Shown here: in pieces, positions 12,607 through 26,095 of the stretch
How the letters are laid out: each line of letters opens with the position of its first letter
How positions within the stretch are numbered: the first letter of the stretch is position 1
From: Macrostomum lignano
Taxonomy: Eukaryota
Assembly (NCBI GenBank): GCA_002269645.1
Contig: NIVC01000568.1
Location: 186,001 to 250,000, forward strand
Reading direction: 5' to 3'
DNA length: 64,000 nt
Position numbers and translations under genes: made by a program
The notes under the pieces: model-generated
Databases searched by the model: none
What the model was told of the DNA's origin: nothing
The model's input: the letters and a program-made list of their open reading frames with translations, nothing else

Positions 12607-13425
12607 GTGTTTGACACCTGAAGTGTGCTTGACACCTGAAGTCTGCTTGACACCTGAAGTCTGCTTGACACCTGAAGTCTGCTTGACACCTGAAGTCTGC
12701 TTGACACCCTGTCCTGAAGTTTACTTGACACCCTGTCCTAAGTGTGCTTCACACCCTGTCCTGAAGTGTGTTTGACACCCTGTCCTGAGGTGTGCTTGAC
12801 ACCCTGTCCTGAGGTGTGCTTGACACCCTGTCCTGAAGTGTGTTTGACACCCTGTCCTGAAGTGTGCTTGACACCCTGTCCTGAGGTGTGCTTGACACCC
12901 TGTCCTGAAGTGTGTTTGACACCCTGTCCTGAAGTGTGCTTGACACCCTGTCCTGAAGTTTACTTGACACCCTGTCCTAAGTGTGCTTCACACCCTGTCC
13001 TGAAGTGTGTTTGACACCCTGTCCTGAGGTGTGCTTGACACCCTGTCCTGAGGTGTGCTTGACACCCTGTCCTGAAGTGTGTTTGACACCCTGTCCTGAA
13101 GTGTGCTTGACACCCTGTCCTGAGGTGTGCTTGACACCCTGTCCTGAAGTGTGTTTGACACCCTGTCCTGAAGTGTGCTTGACACCCTGTCCTGAGGTGT
13201 GCTTGACACCCTGTCCTGAAGTGTGTTTGACACCCTGTCCTGAAGTGTGTTTGACACCCTGTCCTGAAGTGTGCTTCACACCCTGTCCTGAAGTGTGCTT
13301 CACACCCTGTCCTGAAGTGTGTGCTTCACACCCTGTCCTGAAGTGTGCTTCACACCCTGTCCTGAAGTGTGCTTCACACCCTGTCCTGAAGTGTGCTTCA
13401 CACCCTGTCCTGAAGTGTGCTTGAC
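12607..13425. repeat. Minisatellite with an 18-bp unit switching to a 24-bp unit (GACACCCTGTCCTGAAGTGTGCTT)
   Basis: Translations TPEVCL then TPCPEVCL show the unit-length change. Confidence 0.95.
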
Positions 13426-14732
13426 TCCTTATTAGTAAAGTGTGTAATTTCTTACTGAAAAAAGAAGCCACTTGAAGAGAGATTTTGTTATTCGTCCCTA
13501 ACTAGCAGTGCCTGCCGGCAGTTATAACAAAGGTCATCTCTCTTTGATGCAGTCGTCAATGCAGTCCGTGTGGGATGGAAATTTCAAAGACATGAAAAAG
13601 TGTCTCAAAGCAGCTCAAGGAGACAGATCGGATTAACGTTAATGACAAGCCGAAAATGAAAGATGAGAAATGGAACAGGAAAGGTTGGTTACTCCCAGAG
13701 AATGTTCCCAGCAAACGGAAGCTTCTAGATTTCTCCCCTCGGATCTCGGCCTCTACCTGTGAGCTGTGATTCGCCTTGCCTTAGGGCGCTCTGAGCTGAG
13801 AACAAAAAGAAACCTACTGGCCAGGTAGATTCGGGGAGAAAATCTGGGCGGAGGCTGGGGATGAAAGCCTCAGAGAGCAGGGGGGCTGATGCAGCAGTGC
13901 GCAGGCTGGGATATGAGCTGCAGTAGGAAGGAACTGCCTGACGCCTCATCTGGAAGGACGATGAGAATTCAAAGAAAGCAATAATCGGCGGCCTGGCATT
14001 CTACCCTGCGTGGGATCTTTATAAATCGGGGCTAGTCCGTATGGGAAACAGGAAGCCGGGAAGACAGCTAGGGGGGGGGGGGGCTGAAAGAGAATCTCAG
14101 TGTCCCCAATGTCAGTCTCTGTCTGTCCGCCCGTGCCCTCGGCAAGTCAAAGTCAATTATCAATCATCAATTGTCCCCCGGCGTCAGGGGACCGCGCGCC
14201 AGGCGAGCTCTTCCCCTGGGCTGTTAAAGAGTTAAGATGAAGAGAAATCAGGTGAAACACGAAACTGCCTCGTAATGGCTGAGGCTCATCAATATTGCTC
14301 CGAGCATTCGCCCTAAGTAAGTACTTAGTCCTTCATCGCGATGTCGTCGTCTTCGCGGCTCCCCCCAGCCTCCCTGCTCTTCTGCCCTTACCTCTATTCA
14401 ACCCAATGCCCATCCCTCACTAGGCACCAGTCCCATTGGCTGGGCTGTCGTCTCCCCTGTCTACAGGCAGAGCAAGCTGTCAGCCACCTCGTAGCTGCCG
14501 CTATGCCTCAGACTCGCCCTCACCCTCTCCTCTGCCCTCTATTCGAGCGCGCGGCAAGCGTCAGCCCCAGACCGCCTCAAAACATTGCGGATTACGCGAG
14601 AGGCAGAAGCTGCAGGTAACCAACCGGTCCGCACTTCCTTCCTATGCCGGGGCAAGGTTCTGCTTTAAGTCAACAGCCGACTAGACTGCCGTGAAGACGG
14701 TTAGCAGAGGGGGAAACAGTCAGGGCGACTGA

Positions 14733-16519
14733 ATGCCAAAAGTGCACGTCGTCGCGGCCGGAGAAGCAGCAGCAGACGGGATGTCAGCCCGCTGGACGTC
14801 AGGGGCTTCCACCTCTTCGGCGACGGCGCAAGAACTCCGGCAGCGGGGCGGGCGCGACTCGCCGCAGCTGACATTCAAATCTGTGAGCAGCAGCGGCTCC
14901 GAGGACTTCCGGCCCAGCAGCAGCCGCCTGCTCCGGCGGGCAGGCTCGCCCGAAGACGATGACGACGTCACCAGCGACAGTCTGGAGCACCAGCTCAGCC
15001 AGGTGACCACGGTCGCGGGATTTCCCTCGGCGAAGGTGAAAACAGTGGAGCATCCGGTGGAGAGCAACCTGCTGGGCCAGTACTGCTCCACCGCTTTCAA
15101 CGTGGCCGTGTCAGCAGTTCTGTCTCTGCCTGTGCTGCTGCTGCTGGGCCTTCTGGCTGCTCTGGTCTGTGGCATCCGGCGGTTGCTGCAGGTGAGGCTG
15201 GCAGTCCGGTGAATAGATTTGCAATCCATTGTGTTCCTTTATCCCGTGAATAGATTAGCAATCCATTGTGTTCCTTAATCCCGTGAATAGATTAGCAATC
15301 CATTGTGTTCCTTAATCCCGTGAATAGATTAGCAATCCATTGTGTTCCTTAATCCCGTGAATAGATTAGCAATCCATTGTGTTCCTTTATCCCGTGAATA
15401 GATTAGCAATCCATTATATTTCTTAATCCAGTGAATAGATTGGCAATCCATTATATTTCTTAATCCAGTGAGTAGATTAGCAATCTATTATATTTCTTAA
15501 TCCAGTGAATAGATTAGCAATCCACTGTATTTCTTAATCCAGTGAGTAGATTAGCAATCCACTGTATTCCTTAATCCAGTGAGTAGATTAGCAATCCACT
15601 GTATTCCTTAATCCAGTGAATAGATTAGCAATCCACTGTATTCCTTAATCCAGTGAGTAGATTAGCAATCCACTCTACTCCACCCCTGAACCACAGGCCG
15701 CCTACCTTGGCCGGACCTTCCTGAACCGCAACGAGCTCCTGTGGCTGCGCCGCGGTCCCGGCACCCTCCCGGACCAACCGGCGGCCTGGAGCTCCTCGGC
15801 TGCAGCCTCTTCGTCATCTTCCGTCAGCAGCTCGCAGGCGCCGCCCTCGACTCGCTCGCCATCGGCATCTCCTGCCGCTGTTCTTGTCCGGCTCGAGCTG
15901 CAGCCGGCCGGTCTCAGCCTGTCCGAGTTGCGTCGGGCCTTCACCGAGCGGCTGCTGATGGCCGCGGACCCGGACACCGGGCGGCCCCGGTTTCCCCGGT
16001 TGTCGCAGCGCCCGGTTGCCACCGGCGTTGGGCTCGCCTGGGCGCCGCTGGACGGCCTGTTCCGGCCAGAGGAGCAATTCCGGGAAATCGAGCCGCCGCT
16101 GCGGACCGAGGAGGATCTCGAATATTTCCTCTCTAGCCAGGCAGGTCGCGGGTTCGAGCCCGACAGGCCGCTCTGGGAAGTGCACCATCAGGCGGAGTTC
16201 CTTGGCAGCGGGCTGGTGGTGTACAGGCAGCACCCGTGCTTGGCTGACTGGCGAAGCACGCTGGACATGCTGGTCGGCACCCTGCTGGAGCCGGAAGCCG
16301 AGCCTGCTGCAGCAGAGTCGCCGGTTGCTAGGCGGAAGTCTCAGCAGCAGCCGCAGCCGCAGCGGGAGACCTTCGCCAACCGGCTATTCGGCAGGGACAG
16401 CCTGCGCAGCCTGCTGACCGTCCCGGGCGTGCTGCTGGGCAGCTTCCTGCTGAATGCCAGCGACCACAACATGCTGCACTGCAGCGCCTCTCGCAGGCGG
16501 ACGAAAAAACAGCAACAGC

Positions 16520-16565
<46 letters not shown>

Positions 16566-19500
16566 GCAAGTACAAGAAGAACCGAATAAAAGAGCAAGGC
16601 GCCGAACGCTTTTACAGGTGAATATTTTTTTCTCAAAATAATCTTCTTCAACGAATATTGATTGAATGAATAGTTTGTAGCATTCAGGATGCGTAACTAT
16701 CATTAGAGGCGCACCTGCGGGGCCTGAGCAAAGCTAAGGGTTTTTATTAAATATGAGCCAAAGAGATCGCCAGCTGGGGCATCCGCCCTGACAGTCTGGG
16801 GGCGTGGGCCTCAAATAACGGCTTCTAATTTATTTAAAATTGGAATTACTGAATGACTGTTGTCGAACTTCTATTAACTGCCAGCACTTCCGTGTTTACC
16901 ACCCTGGCCTCCATGCACCTACCTGTTTCCTACTCTGCTCTTCTCCTTAAACGGCCTTTTTTCTCTTTTCTTTCGCACTCCCCGATACCCTCCTTGTCAT
17001 CCTCCTTCCCGCTCCTCACCCTCCTTCCCGATCCTCACCATCCTTCCGATCCTCACCCTCCTTCCCGATCCTCACCCTCCTTCCCGATTCTCACCCTCCT
17101 TCCCGATTCTCACCCTCCTTCCCGATCCTCACCCTCCTTCCCGATCCTCACCATCCTTCCCGATCCTCACCCTCCTTCCGATCCTCACCCTCCTTCCCGA
17201 TCCTCACCCTCCTTCCCGATTCTCACCCTCCTTCCCGATCCTCACCCTCCTTCCCGATCCTCACCTTCCTTCCCGATCCTCACCCTCCTTCCCGATCCTC
17301 ACCTTCCTTCCCGATCCTCACCCTCCTTCCCGATCCTCACCCTCCTTCCCGATTCTCACCCTCCTTCCCGATTCTCACCCTCCTTCCCGATCCTCACCCT
17401 CCTTCCCGATCCTCACCCTCCTTCCCGATCCTCACCCTCCTTCCCGATCCTCACCCTCCTTCCCGATCCTCACCCTCCTTCCCGATCCTCACCCTCCTTC
17501 CCGATCCTCACCCTCCTTCCCGCTCATCACCCTCCTTCCCGATCCTCACCCTCCTTCCCGCTCCTCACCCTCCTTCCCGCTCCTCACCCTCCTTCCCGAT
17601 CCTCACCCTCCTTCCCGCTCATCACCCTCCTTCCCGATCCTCACCCTCCTTCCCGCTCCTCACCCTCCTTCCCGCTCATCACCCTCCTTCCCGATCCTCA
17701 CCCTCCTTCCCGATCCTCACCCTCCTTCCCGCTCCTCACCCTCCTTCCCGCTCCTCACCCTCCTTCCCGATCCTCACCCTCCTTCCCGCTCATCACCCTC
17801 CTTCCCGATCCTCACCCTCCTTCCCGCTCCTCACCCTCCTTCCCGCTCATCACCCTCCTTCCCGATCCTCACCCTCCTTCCCGATCCTCACCCTCCTTCC
17901 CGCTTCTCACCCTCCTTCCCGCTCCTCACCCTCCTTCCTGCTCCTCACCCTCCTTCCCGCTCATCACCCTCCTTCCCGATCCTCACCCTCCTTCCCGATC
18001 CTCACCCTCCTTCCCGCTTCTCACCCTCCTTCCCGATCCTCACCCTCCTTCCCGATCCTCACCCTCCTTCCCGCTCATCACCCTCCTTCCCGATCCTCAC
18101 CCTCCTTCCCGATCCTCACCCTCCTTCCCGATCCTCACCCTCCTTCCCGATCCTCACCCTCCTTCCCGATCCTCACCCTCCTTCCCGATCCTCACCCTCC
18201 TTCCCGATCCTCACCCTCCTTCCCGCTTCTCACCCTCCTTCCCGCTCCTCACCCTCCTTCCTGCTCCTCACCCTCCTTCCCGCTCATCACCCTCCTTCCC
18301 GATCCTCACCCTCCTTCCCGATCCTCACCCTCCTTCCCGATCCTCACCCTCCTTCCCGATCCTCACCCTCCTTCCCGATCCTCACCCTCCTTCCCGATCC
18401 TCACCCTCCTTCCCGATCCTCACCCTCCTTCCCGATCCTCACCCTCCTTCCCGCTTCTCACCCTCCTTCCCGCTCCTCACCCTCCTTCCTGCTCCTCACC
18501 CTCCTTCCCGCTCATCACCCTCCTTCCCGATCCTCACCCTCCTTCCCGATCCTCACCCTCCTTCCCGATCCTCACCCTCCTTCCCGATCCTCACCCTCCT
18601 TCCCGATCCTCACCCTCCTTCCCGATCCTCACCCTCCTTCCCGATCCTCACCCTCCTTCCCGCTTCTCACCCTCCTTCCCGCTCCTCACCCTCCTTCCTG
18701 CTCCTCACCCTCCTTCCCGCTCATCACCCTCCTTCCTGCTCCTCACCCTCCTTCCCGATCCTCACCCTCCTTCCCGATCCTCACCCTCCTTCCCGATCCT
18801 CACCCTCCTTCCCGATCCTCACCCTCCTTCCCGCTTCTCACCCTCCTTCCCGCTCATCACCCTCCTTCCCGATCCTCACCCTCCTTCCCGATCCTCACCC
18901 TCCTTCCCGATCCTCACCCTCCTTCCCGATCCTCACCCTCCTTCCCGATCCTCACCCTCCTTCCCGATCCTCACCCTCCTTCCCGATCCTCACCCTCCTT
19001 CCCGCTTCTCACCCTCCTTCCCGCTCCTCACCCTCCTTCCTGCTCCTCACCCTCCTTCCCGCTCATCACCCTCCTTCCTGCTCCTCACCCTCCTTCCCGC
19101 TCATCACCCTCCTTCCCGATCCTCACCCTCCTTCCCGATCCTCACCCTCCTTCCCGATCCTCACCCTCCTTCCCGATCCTCACCCTCCTTCCCGATCCTC
19201 ACCCTCCTTCCCGATCCTCACCCTCCTTCCCGATCCTCACCCTCCTTCCCGATCCTCACCCTCCTTCCCGATCCTCACCCTCCTTCCCTTCATGTACGAC
19301 TCCCTGTATTCGCGCGCGATCCCATTAAGGACAAAGGAGTTGTTTCTGAAAGCTACAAGCTGCTGCAAGCTGACTAGCAAGCTGCTAGTCAATATCAAGA
19401 ATCATGGAAATACGAGCCCCCCACTAGGATTGAGAGTACCCCTGGCACCCAGAATCACTTGGTTATCTCTCCCTAGCGTGCAGTCAAAGCCATTCTCCAT

Positions 19501-22500
19501 TAGCTATGCCTAGCGGTACGGATTAACACTCACGCGGCGGATTACAATTTGTATCATGTTTTGTTTTAATCAATGAAGCCAGTGAAGCGAGTGTTGCATA
19601 AACACTTTTGGCTTGAGTAGGAATGCAATTTGAGCTCAGCATACTCAGCATATACATTCTCAACTGCAATTTCTCTGATCTCGAGAGTAAACATGCTCAA
19701 TATCTGCTGTGAGCAGTCTATAATCGCTACTGTGAGCTGTCTCTAATCCATAGTGTGAGCAGTCTCTAATCCATGCTGTGAGCAGTCTCTAATCCATAGT
19801 GTGAGCAGTCTCTAATCCATGCTGTGAGCAGTCTCTAATCCATGCTGTGAGCAGTCTCTAATCCATGCTGTGAGCAGTCTCTAATCCATGCTGTGAGCAG
19901 TCTCTAATCCATGCTGTGAGCAGTCTCTAATCCATAGTTCGAGCAGTCTCTAATCCATGCTGTGAGCAGTCTATAATCGCTACTGTGAGCTGTCTCTAAT
20001 CCATAGTGTGAGCAGTCTCTAATCCATGCTGTGAGCAGTCTCTAATCCATAGTTTGAGCAGTCTCTAATCCATGCTGTGAGCAGTCTCTAATCCATAGTG
20101 TGAGCAGTCTCTAATCCATAGTGTGAGCAGTCTCTAATCCATGCTGTGAGCAGTCTCTAATCCATAGTGTGAGCAGTCTCTAATCTCTGCTGTGAGCAGT
20201 CTCTAATCCATGCTGTGAGCATTCTTTAATCCATAGTGTGAGCAGTCTCTAATCCATGCTGTGAGCAGTCTCTAATCCATAGTGTGAGCAGTCTCTAATC
20301 GCTACTGTGAGCTGTCTCTAATCCATAGTGTGAGCAGTCTCTAATCTCTGCTGTGAGCAGTCTCTAATCCATGCTGTGAGCATTCTTTAATCCATGCTGT
20401 GAGCAGTCTCTAGTCCATGCTGTGAGCAGTCTCTAATCCATGCTGTGAGCAGTCTCTAATCCATAGTGTGAGCAGTCTCTAATCCATAGTGTGAGCAGTC
20501 TCTAATCCATAGTGTGAGCAGTCCATGACCTTGCCCGACCCGCAGGAGACGGTGCCTTTGTCGGGCCTGGAGCGAGTCAAGCAGATCACGAAGAACACCT
20601 ATCACGAGCTTTTCCTCACCCTGCTGTCCGGAGCTCTCCGCTCCTATCAGCAGATCCGGGGCGTGGCCCGGCCGTTCGACTGTCGCGCAGTTTTCCCCAT
20701 AGACATCGGCGGTCAGAGGCGCGCCCGCCGCGGCCTGGACAGCCTCTACGTGTTGGACAGCCTCGACCTGCCCGTGAGCGTCGAGGGCGTCATTCCGCGC
20801 CTCTGGCAGCTCCGACGGCGGCTTGAAAAGTTCAAAGCCAGCGGTCGCTGCCGGGCCATCGACCTGGTGAATCGAACCTTGGCTGGCTGCCTGCCCGCCT
20901 CTTTAGCTGGCCGGACAGTCCGCGTGACGGCCAGCCGGTCCACCTGCCTGGCGGCCAGTCTGCCAGGGCCGGCGGCGCCACTCCGGCTGGCCGGCGGGGG
21001 ACCGCAACTGACCGGCGTGGCCTGCTGGCTGCCGCCGCCACCGCAGGCCGTCGGGCTGTCCGTGGCGTTCGTCACCTGGGCGGGACGCCTGTCCATCAGC
21101 CTGTGGGCGGCTGAGGACACAGTTCAGCACGCGGACTTCATAATGAAGTGCCTGGTGGGAGAGGTGAGTATTGAAGTCCTTCCGGATCTCGATAAACATT
21201 TCCTGGAAAGAAATATACTGTGGAGATATGTGTTAAGTTTTTTTCAAACAGAGCTATAAAATTTAGTTTGACAGGAGGCAGGGAAGTGGTATAAATATTG
21301 ATATTTAGTGATTTTCATATCACTACATCGATCTGTAGCTTTTTCAGCTAGTTAGCTCGTGGTTAGTTTTGCAGTGCCGCAAATCGTCAAGGTGACAGTG
21401 GGACCGGCATTTTGGGCGAGGAAGCAAGCTGCCATGCCCATCCTGCTGACCCCTGGGCGCGCACATCACACGGATACAGCGGCCTCTGACAATTTTGGAT
21501 CGTCAGGCGTCAGTCATTTTCGCCCCGATTGGCCGAAGTCGCAAAACATGACCCGGAGGCTGATTCCGCGCCAGGTTCTTTTTAGTTTCTTTTCCCGGCG
21601 AGGCTTTTTGCTTCAGGCCCCGCCCTGTGAGCGTAAATAGAGCAGCTCGACCTGAGCACAAGCACAGCTCAAACGCTGCCACGCCTCGAGCTTTCTCAGC
21701 TAATAGTTTCCGATGCCCCGGCTATTTGCCGGTTGGGAGGGTCTCAATCAGGAACTAGGGGATTTGGGAACTGTTATTTCCTCTTGCAACGCGCAATCAT
21801 GTAGCCTTTCTCTTTAGCGGTTTGAAGCCGCAGGTGCGGCAGCAGCAGCCTTTGGATACATTTTTAGCCCTAATCTTTTACAGTAATGTTTCTGCGTGCC
21901 TACCTGTAGGCTCCAGCGGCTTGCCCCAAACTCGTCCCTGTCGACCACCTGTAGCGATTTCCTGACCGGTTAGTTGATAAGCCTGCAGCGGATTATGACG
22001 AGAAGGGAGTCGTTGTCCTGCAAAAATTTCACAAGTTAATCTGGGATTACGGTTCCCTTGCTTTTTCATAAATAATTTCTCGCTTGCCTCGGTCTAAGCA
22101 ACTAATGCGATAAATCGAGATCAATAAAACACGTTGTCAAACAACTGCAATTTTTTTAATCTAGTAAAAGCTTGATCATCTATAGTGCAGGCAGTCACCT
22201 AGCTGGGATTATGAGCTAGAGCAGGCTCAGTTTTGACTCAATAGATAAGACCACGAATCCGTTGACCAATCAATTTATAGCTGCAGCAGCTCTGCAAACT
22301 GATGGAGCACCGCCGCATCCCCTCGGAGGGCTCGGAGGGCGGCGGTAGCAGAGCTCGCCGTCAGACTCGCAGCAGGGGCAGTCCCACTCCGCAAAACTTC
22401 GACGACCACGACGACCTGGAAGGAAGAGCGGCCTCTACATCCGGTCGCATCAATGACGTGGCCACTGACGCAGTTGCGGAGACAACAACGGTGGAGAAGA

Positions 22501-22928
22501 TGGCAGCGAAAGTCTCTGATGAGGCGTCCGAGTTGCAGCATCGCCTCAGCGAGATTCAGGCGCGCCTTCAAGACCCGGACGCGGCGGCATCAACGGAGGA
22601 TTGGGCGGCCACGCGACGTCGCCTGCAGGCGGAGTTCAACCGCATCCTTGGCGAACTTCGCCGGCTCCGAGTCGACCTCGGCGAGGCGGATTTTGACGAG
22701 ATTCTGTCTGATTCGGATGAAGAACCGAGGGCGCGGCAGCAGCAGCAGCGTCCGGCCACCGCCTTGACCTCCTCGTGTCCAGAGGCAGCTCAGAAGAGAA
22801 CACTGTGCAGAACTCACAGCGCAGGAGGCATTGCCAATGGTGCTCATCAACCCGAGCAAGGTGAGGGAGTGACGAACCTCACGGTCATCACCAGTCGACA
22901 CTTGGAGCCATGGGAGTACGAGGTTTAG
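14733..22928 (+). CDS. WS/DGAT (wax ester synthase/diacylglycerol acyltransferase)-like protein, ~880 aa, with N-terminal TM helix, polyQ and C-terminal coiled coil; exons 14733-15191, 15697-16617, 20546-21163, 22281-22928
   Basis: PDRPLWEVH..VVYRQHPCLADW aligns to the LDRSRPLWE..HHxxxDG region; LERVKQITKNTYHELFLTLLSGALRSY and GLSVAFVTWAGRLSISL fit the WS/DGAT C-terminal domain; phase-0 GT-AG junctions. Start codon and last exon are less certain. Confidence 0.75.
15209..15675. repeat. 37-bp minisatellite filling WS/DGAT intron 1
   Basis: Unit GTGAATAGATTAGCAATCCATTGTGTTCCTTAATCCC; starts 17 nt after the donor. Confidence 0.95.
16511..16568 (+). repeat. (CAA)n coding microsatellite encoding a polyglutamine tract
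   Basis: In frame within WS/DGAT exon 2. Confidence 0.85.
17000..19290. repeat. 19-bp pyrimidine-rich minisatellite (TCCTCACCCTCCTTCCCGA), roughly 120 copies, WS/DGAT intron 2
   Basis: Explains the spurious 886-aa ORF. Confidence 0.97.
19730..20520. repeat. 23-bp minisatellite (GTGAGCAGTCTCTAATCCATGCT), WS/DGAT intron 2
   Basis: Tandem periodicity; ends about 25 nt before the acceptor at 20545. Confidence 0.95.
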
Positions 22929-23772
22929 CGCCTGCTTGAAGCTGAGGTCCGGCCTCCCCCTCTGCAGACCAGCCCGCATTGCTTGCCTCTCTGTTTGAGC
23001 ACATTTGAGTCGCTGCTTTCGCTTATCGTATGCCCTACACCTGCTTTGAAATCTTAAGAACCATTAATTTAGAGTGCAGTAGGCTCGTAAGAATTCCTGA
23101 TCTTGGAACTTGCTCTGGAGTTGTATCAGTGCCAGTGTTGTGTACACCCGTCCAATGTCCAAAACAAGTTGTTTTTTTGTTCGAATTAGGCTTCTTTGCG
23201 AACGCTTAAAGTAGTTTTATTGTGTCTGCTTTCTCAATAATCTATCTAGTCTTGTTGTTGTGAATCAGGTGTTTTTATCAGTATTCGATTCTTGGCTGTG
23301 CCCCCGTCCTCGTATTCTGCTAGATCTGCTGCGTAGCTAGTGACTATTGGCAACTTTGTTCATTTGTACCGATCCTTATCTTTGTATAACGGTGCAAAAG
23401 AAACATTTTTTAAAGCGGCTATTTTCTTCTTTTTTATCGTAAGTCTCTGTACGCGTGAGCTCCCGCGAGCCCAAGTCTGAGTTGGTTTAATAGCGCACTT
23501 AATTTTAGATGCTTGAGATTATTATCCTCGGGTGATTTAAATTTAGGTTTATGCTTGATGATATAAAACAATACATTGAAGGGCATTCCAATGTAAAACA
23601 AGACTGTTTGTTACACGAGGTACTTTGCAAAAGAATATATTGTAACCCTTCATTTTTCTTCTTTCAAATCTGAAGCATGTTATGTAATATACTTCGAAGA
23701 ATATAGTATAGTATTCTATGAGACACCCGGCTAGCGTTTAATATACAAGCTGCCTAGTGAGGGGACTCTGTA

Positions 23773-24101
23773 GGGGGAAGTAGCCTAGTGGTCTGGCATG
23801 GCGCTCTTATGAGCCAGCGGCCCAGGCTGGATTCCCAAGTTCAGTCGCATTAATTTGGGGCTGAATTAGAATCTCGGCTTGGCTCTGCTCGTGCAATTAA
23901 CGGCCTTGAAGTCCAACCCCCAAGGCACAGTGAAGTGTACATGCCTAACGATTAGAAAGTCAAGGGCCGCTGTACACTCCTGTGTGAGTGTGTGCCTGTG
24001 CGTATGACTGCGTACGTATCTGCACGCTTGTGTGCCTGCTCAGGGGAGTCGGCGGAATGGGCAGTAATGCCTCTCGCCGGTTGTGTGCCTATGTCGCTTA
24101 A
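23773..24101 (+). mobile_element. tRNA-derived SINE, copy 2 (3'-truncated)
   Basis: Colinear with 3113-3471 (TAGCCTAGTGG head, GCCGCTGTACACTC, GGGGAGTCGGCGGAATGGGCAG, ATGTCGCTTAAAG). Confidence 0.85.
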
Positions 24102-24179
24102 AGTTAAAGCAAACTAGCAACTAGCAGAGCTACAGAAAGGCCTTGACAATGCAGCTGAATTGTCAGAATCCAAAGCTAA

Positions 24180-24700
24180 CTTGCTATCTGGGGGATTCTT
24201 GCTATCTGGGGATTCTTGCTATCTGGGGGATTCTTGCTATCTGGGGATTCTTGCTATCTGGGGGATTCTTGCTATCTGGGGGATTCTTGCTATCTGGGGG
24301 ATTCTTGCTATCTGGGGGATTCTTGCTATCTGGGGATTCTTGCTATCTGGGGATTCTTGCTATCTGGGGGATGCTTGCTATCTGGGGGATGCTTGCTATC
24401 TGGGGGATGCTTGCTATCTGGGGATTCTTGCTATCTGGGGGATTCTTGCTATCTGGGGGATTCTTGCTATCTGGGGGATTCTTGCTATCTGGGGGATTCT
24501 TGCTATCTGGGGATACTTGCTATCTGGGGATGCTTGCTATCTGGGGATTCTTGCTATCTGGGGGATGCTTGCTATCTGGGGATACTTGCTATCTGAGGGA
24601 TGCTAGCTATTTGGGGGATTCTTGCTATCTGGGGGATGCTTGCTATCTGGGGGGATTCTAGCTATCTGGGGGATGCTTGCTGTCTGGGGGATGTTTTCTA
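24180..24700. repeat. 17-18-bp minisatellite (CTGGGGGATTCTTGCTAT)
   Basis: 6-aa periodicity in three frames. Confidence 0.95.
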
Positions 24701-26095
24701 TTTAGGGGGAATGCCTCCTATCTTTGTGAAGACTTCATTTCGTTGTGTCCTTTTGTTACTTTTAGAAAAAGAGATTAATATCAAATGCCTTTGTGCGTGA
24801 CAATTTTACTCGAAAACGGTGATTTATAAAACTGAAGACGGAATTTGTTCTTAAGGAATCGCATAAATAACTTTTGCTCTTTGCTTATTGGCCGCCCCCA
24901 AAGGGGGGCACTAGATTGCTAGTCACAAACTGAGGTTAAACATGTTCAGCATTCAAAGCCGCTCAGTTGTGGCGCAAACCCGAAAAGGGAGAAAGCATGC
25001 AGGCTGTTACTACGGGCCAACTAGTTGAATGAGTTCATGAGGGGAAATTCCTGGGATTTCATCTAATATACAATACCCAAAACAAAATTATTTTGTACCT
25101 GGCCTCGCTAGAAAATCGTACAGACTCCATCATCTCGAGACTAGTTAGGGACCCAGTTTACTGTTTAATTTACGAGACACTGCCTCAGCAGGCCTCCCCT
25201 GAAGAGTGAGTTTGGTCAATGAAATATACCCTGAAAAATACTGATTTCCCATGAATCTTTGACCTAACAGAAGTCCAAAAAAGCTATCCTTGAAATCCTA
25301 TCGCATTGTCTGCATAGCGTACAGGTGTGCTAATTAGTACAGTGATTTTTTGTACCAGGTGGGTACTACAAGAAGGACTAGAAGCTTAGGGAAGAACATG
25401 GCGACTATCCTGCACCTATGAAAAGACTAAAACTAGATAGGATTTATATTTCTCTTCTTTCTCAGTTACTTTTGGTTCATAAGTGCTTTTTTTACCTGCC
25501 CATACCTGGCTAAAATAGCTGTACACCTGGAAATTGTGCTTCTGCTCACAATATTGTGCTGAATTCACTCCAGGGCGCGTCTCTTCAACCCTAATCCTTG
25601 TAGCAGCGGATTTACCTGCTTGTGGCTCAAACTAAATTGAATTTAATATTTGCTTGCATACTGTTCTTTCGGTTTCCATAAGCTTTTTGGCCCATAGACA
25701 TATCTCCAGATAATTTGGCACTTATAGGTTTCCCTTGTAATGGTTTAAAATTTTTCAATTTATTTTAGTTTTTGGAGCAGTGTACAGCAATTGGCTGGCA
25801 CTGAAAATCAAAACCAAGCCAGTAACTATTACAGAAGGGAGTTAGTTATCGCAAAAGACAGAAAAAATGAACAGAGCTCATTGGGCCTGTTTGCTGCAAA
25901 TGACTACACAGGTAAAATAACTAGAGTCAAATAACTAGAATATTTGTTAAAACTAGTAAAATACTAACAAAGCCAATCAACTGGTGAAATATCCTATGTA
26001 ACCGGTAATTTAATTGACAGTAAGTTGTCAACAGTTTACTCGTTGTTATCTTGGGTAGTAGTGACTTGCAAGTTACAAGTTAGGGCACAGTTGGC

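Noticed and set aside
11960-14700. Hidden gene between the large arrays
   Set aside because: No convincing ORF, spliced frame or protein motif found in the unique stretches on either strand.
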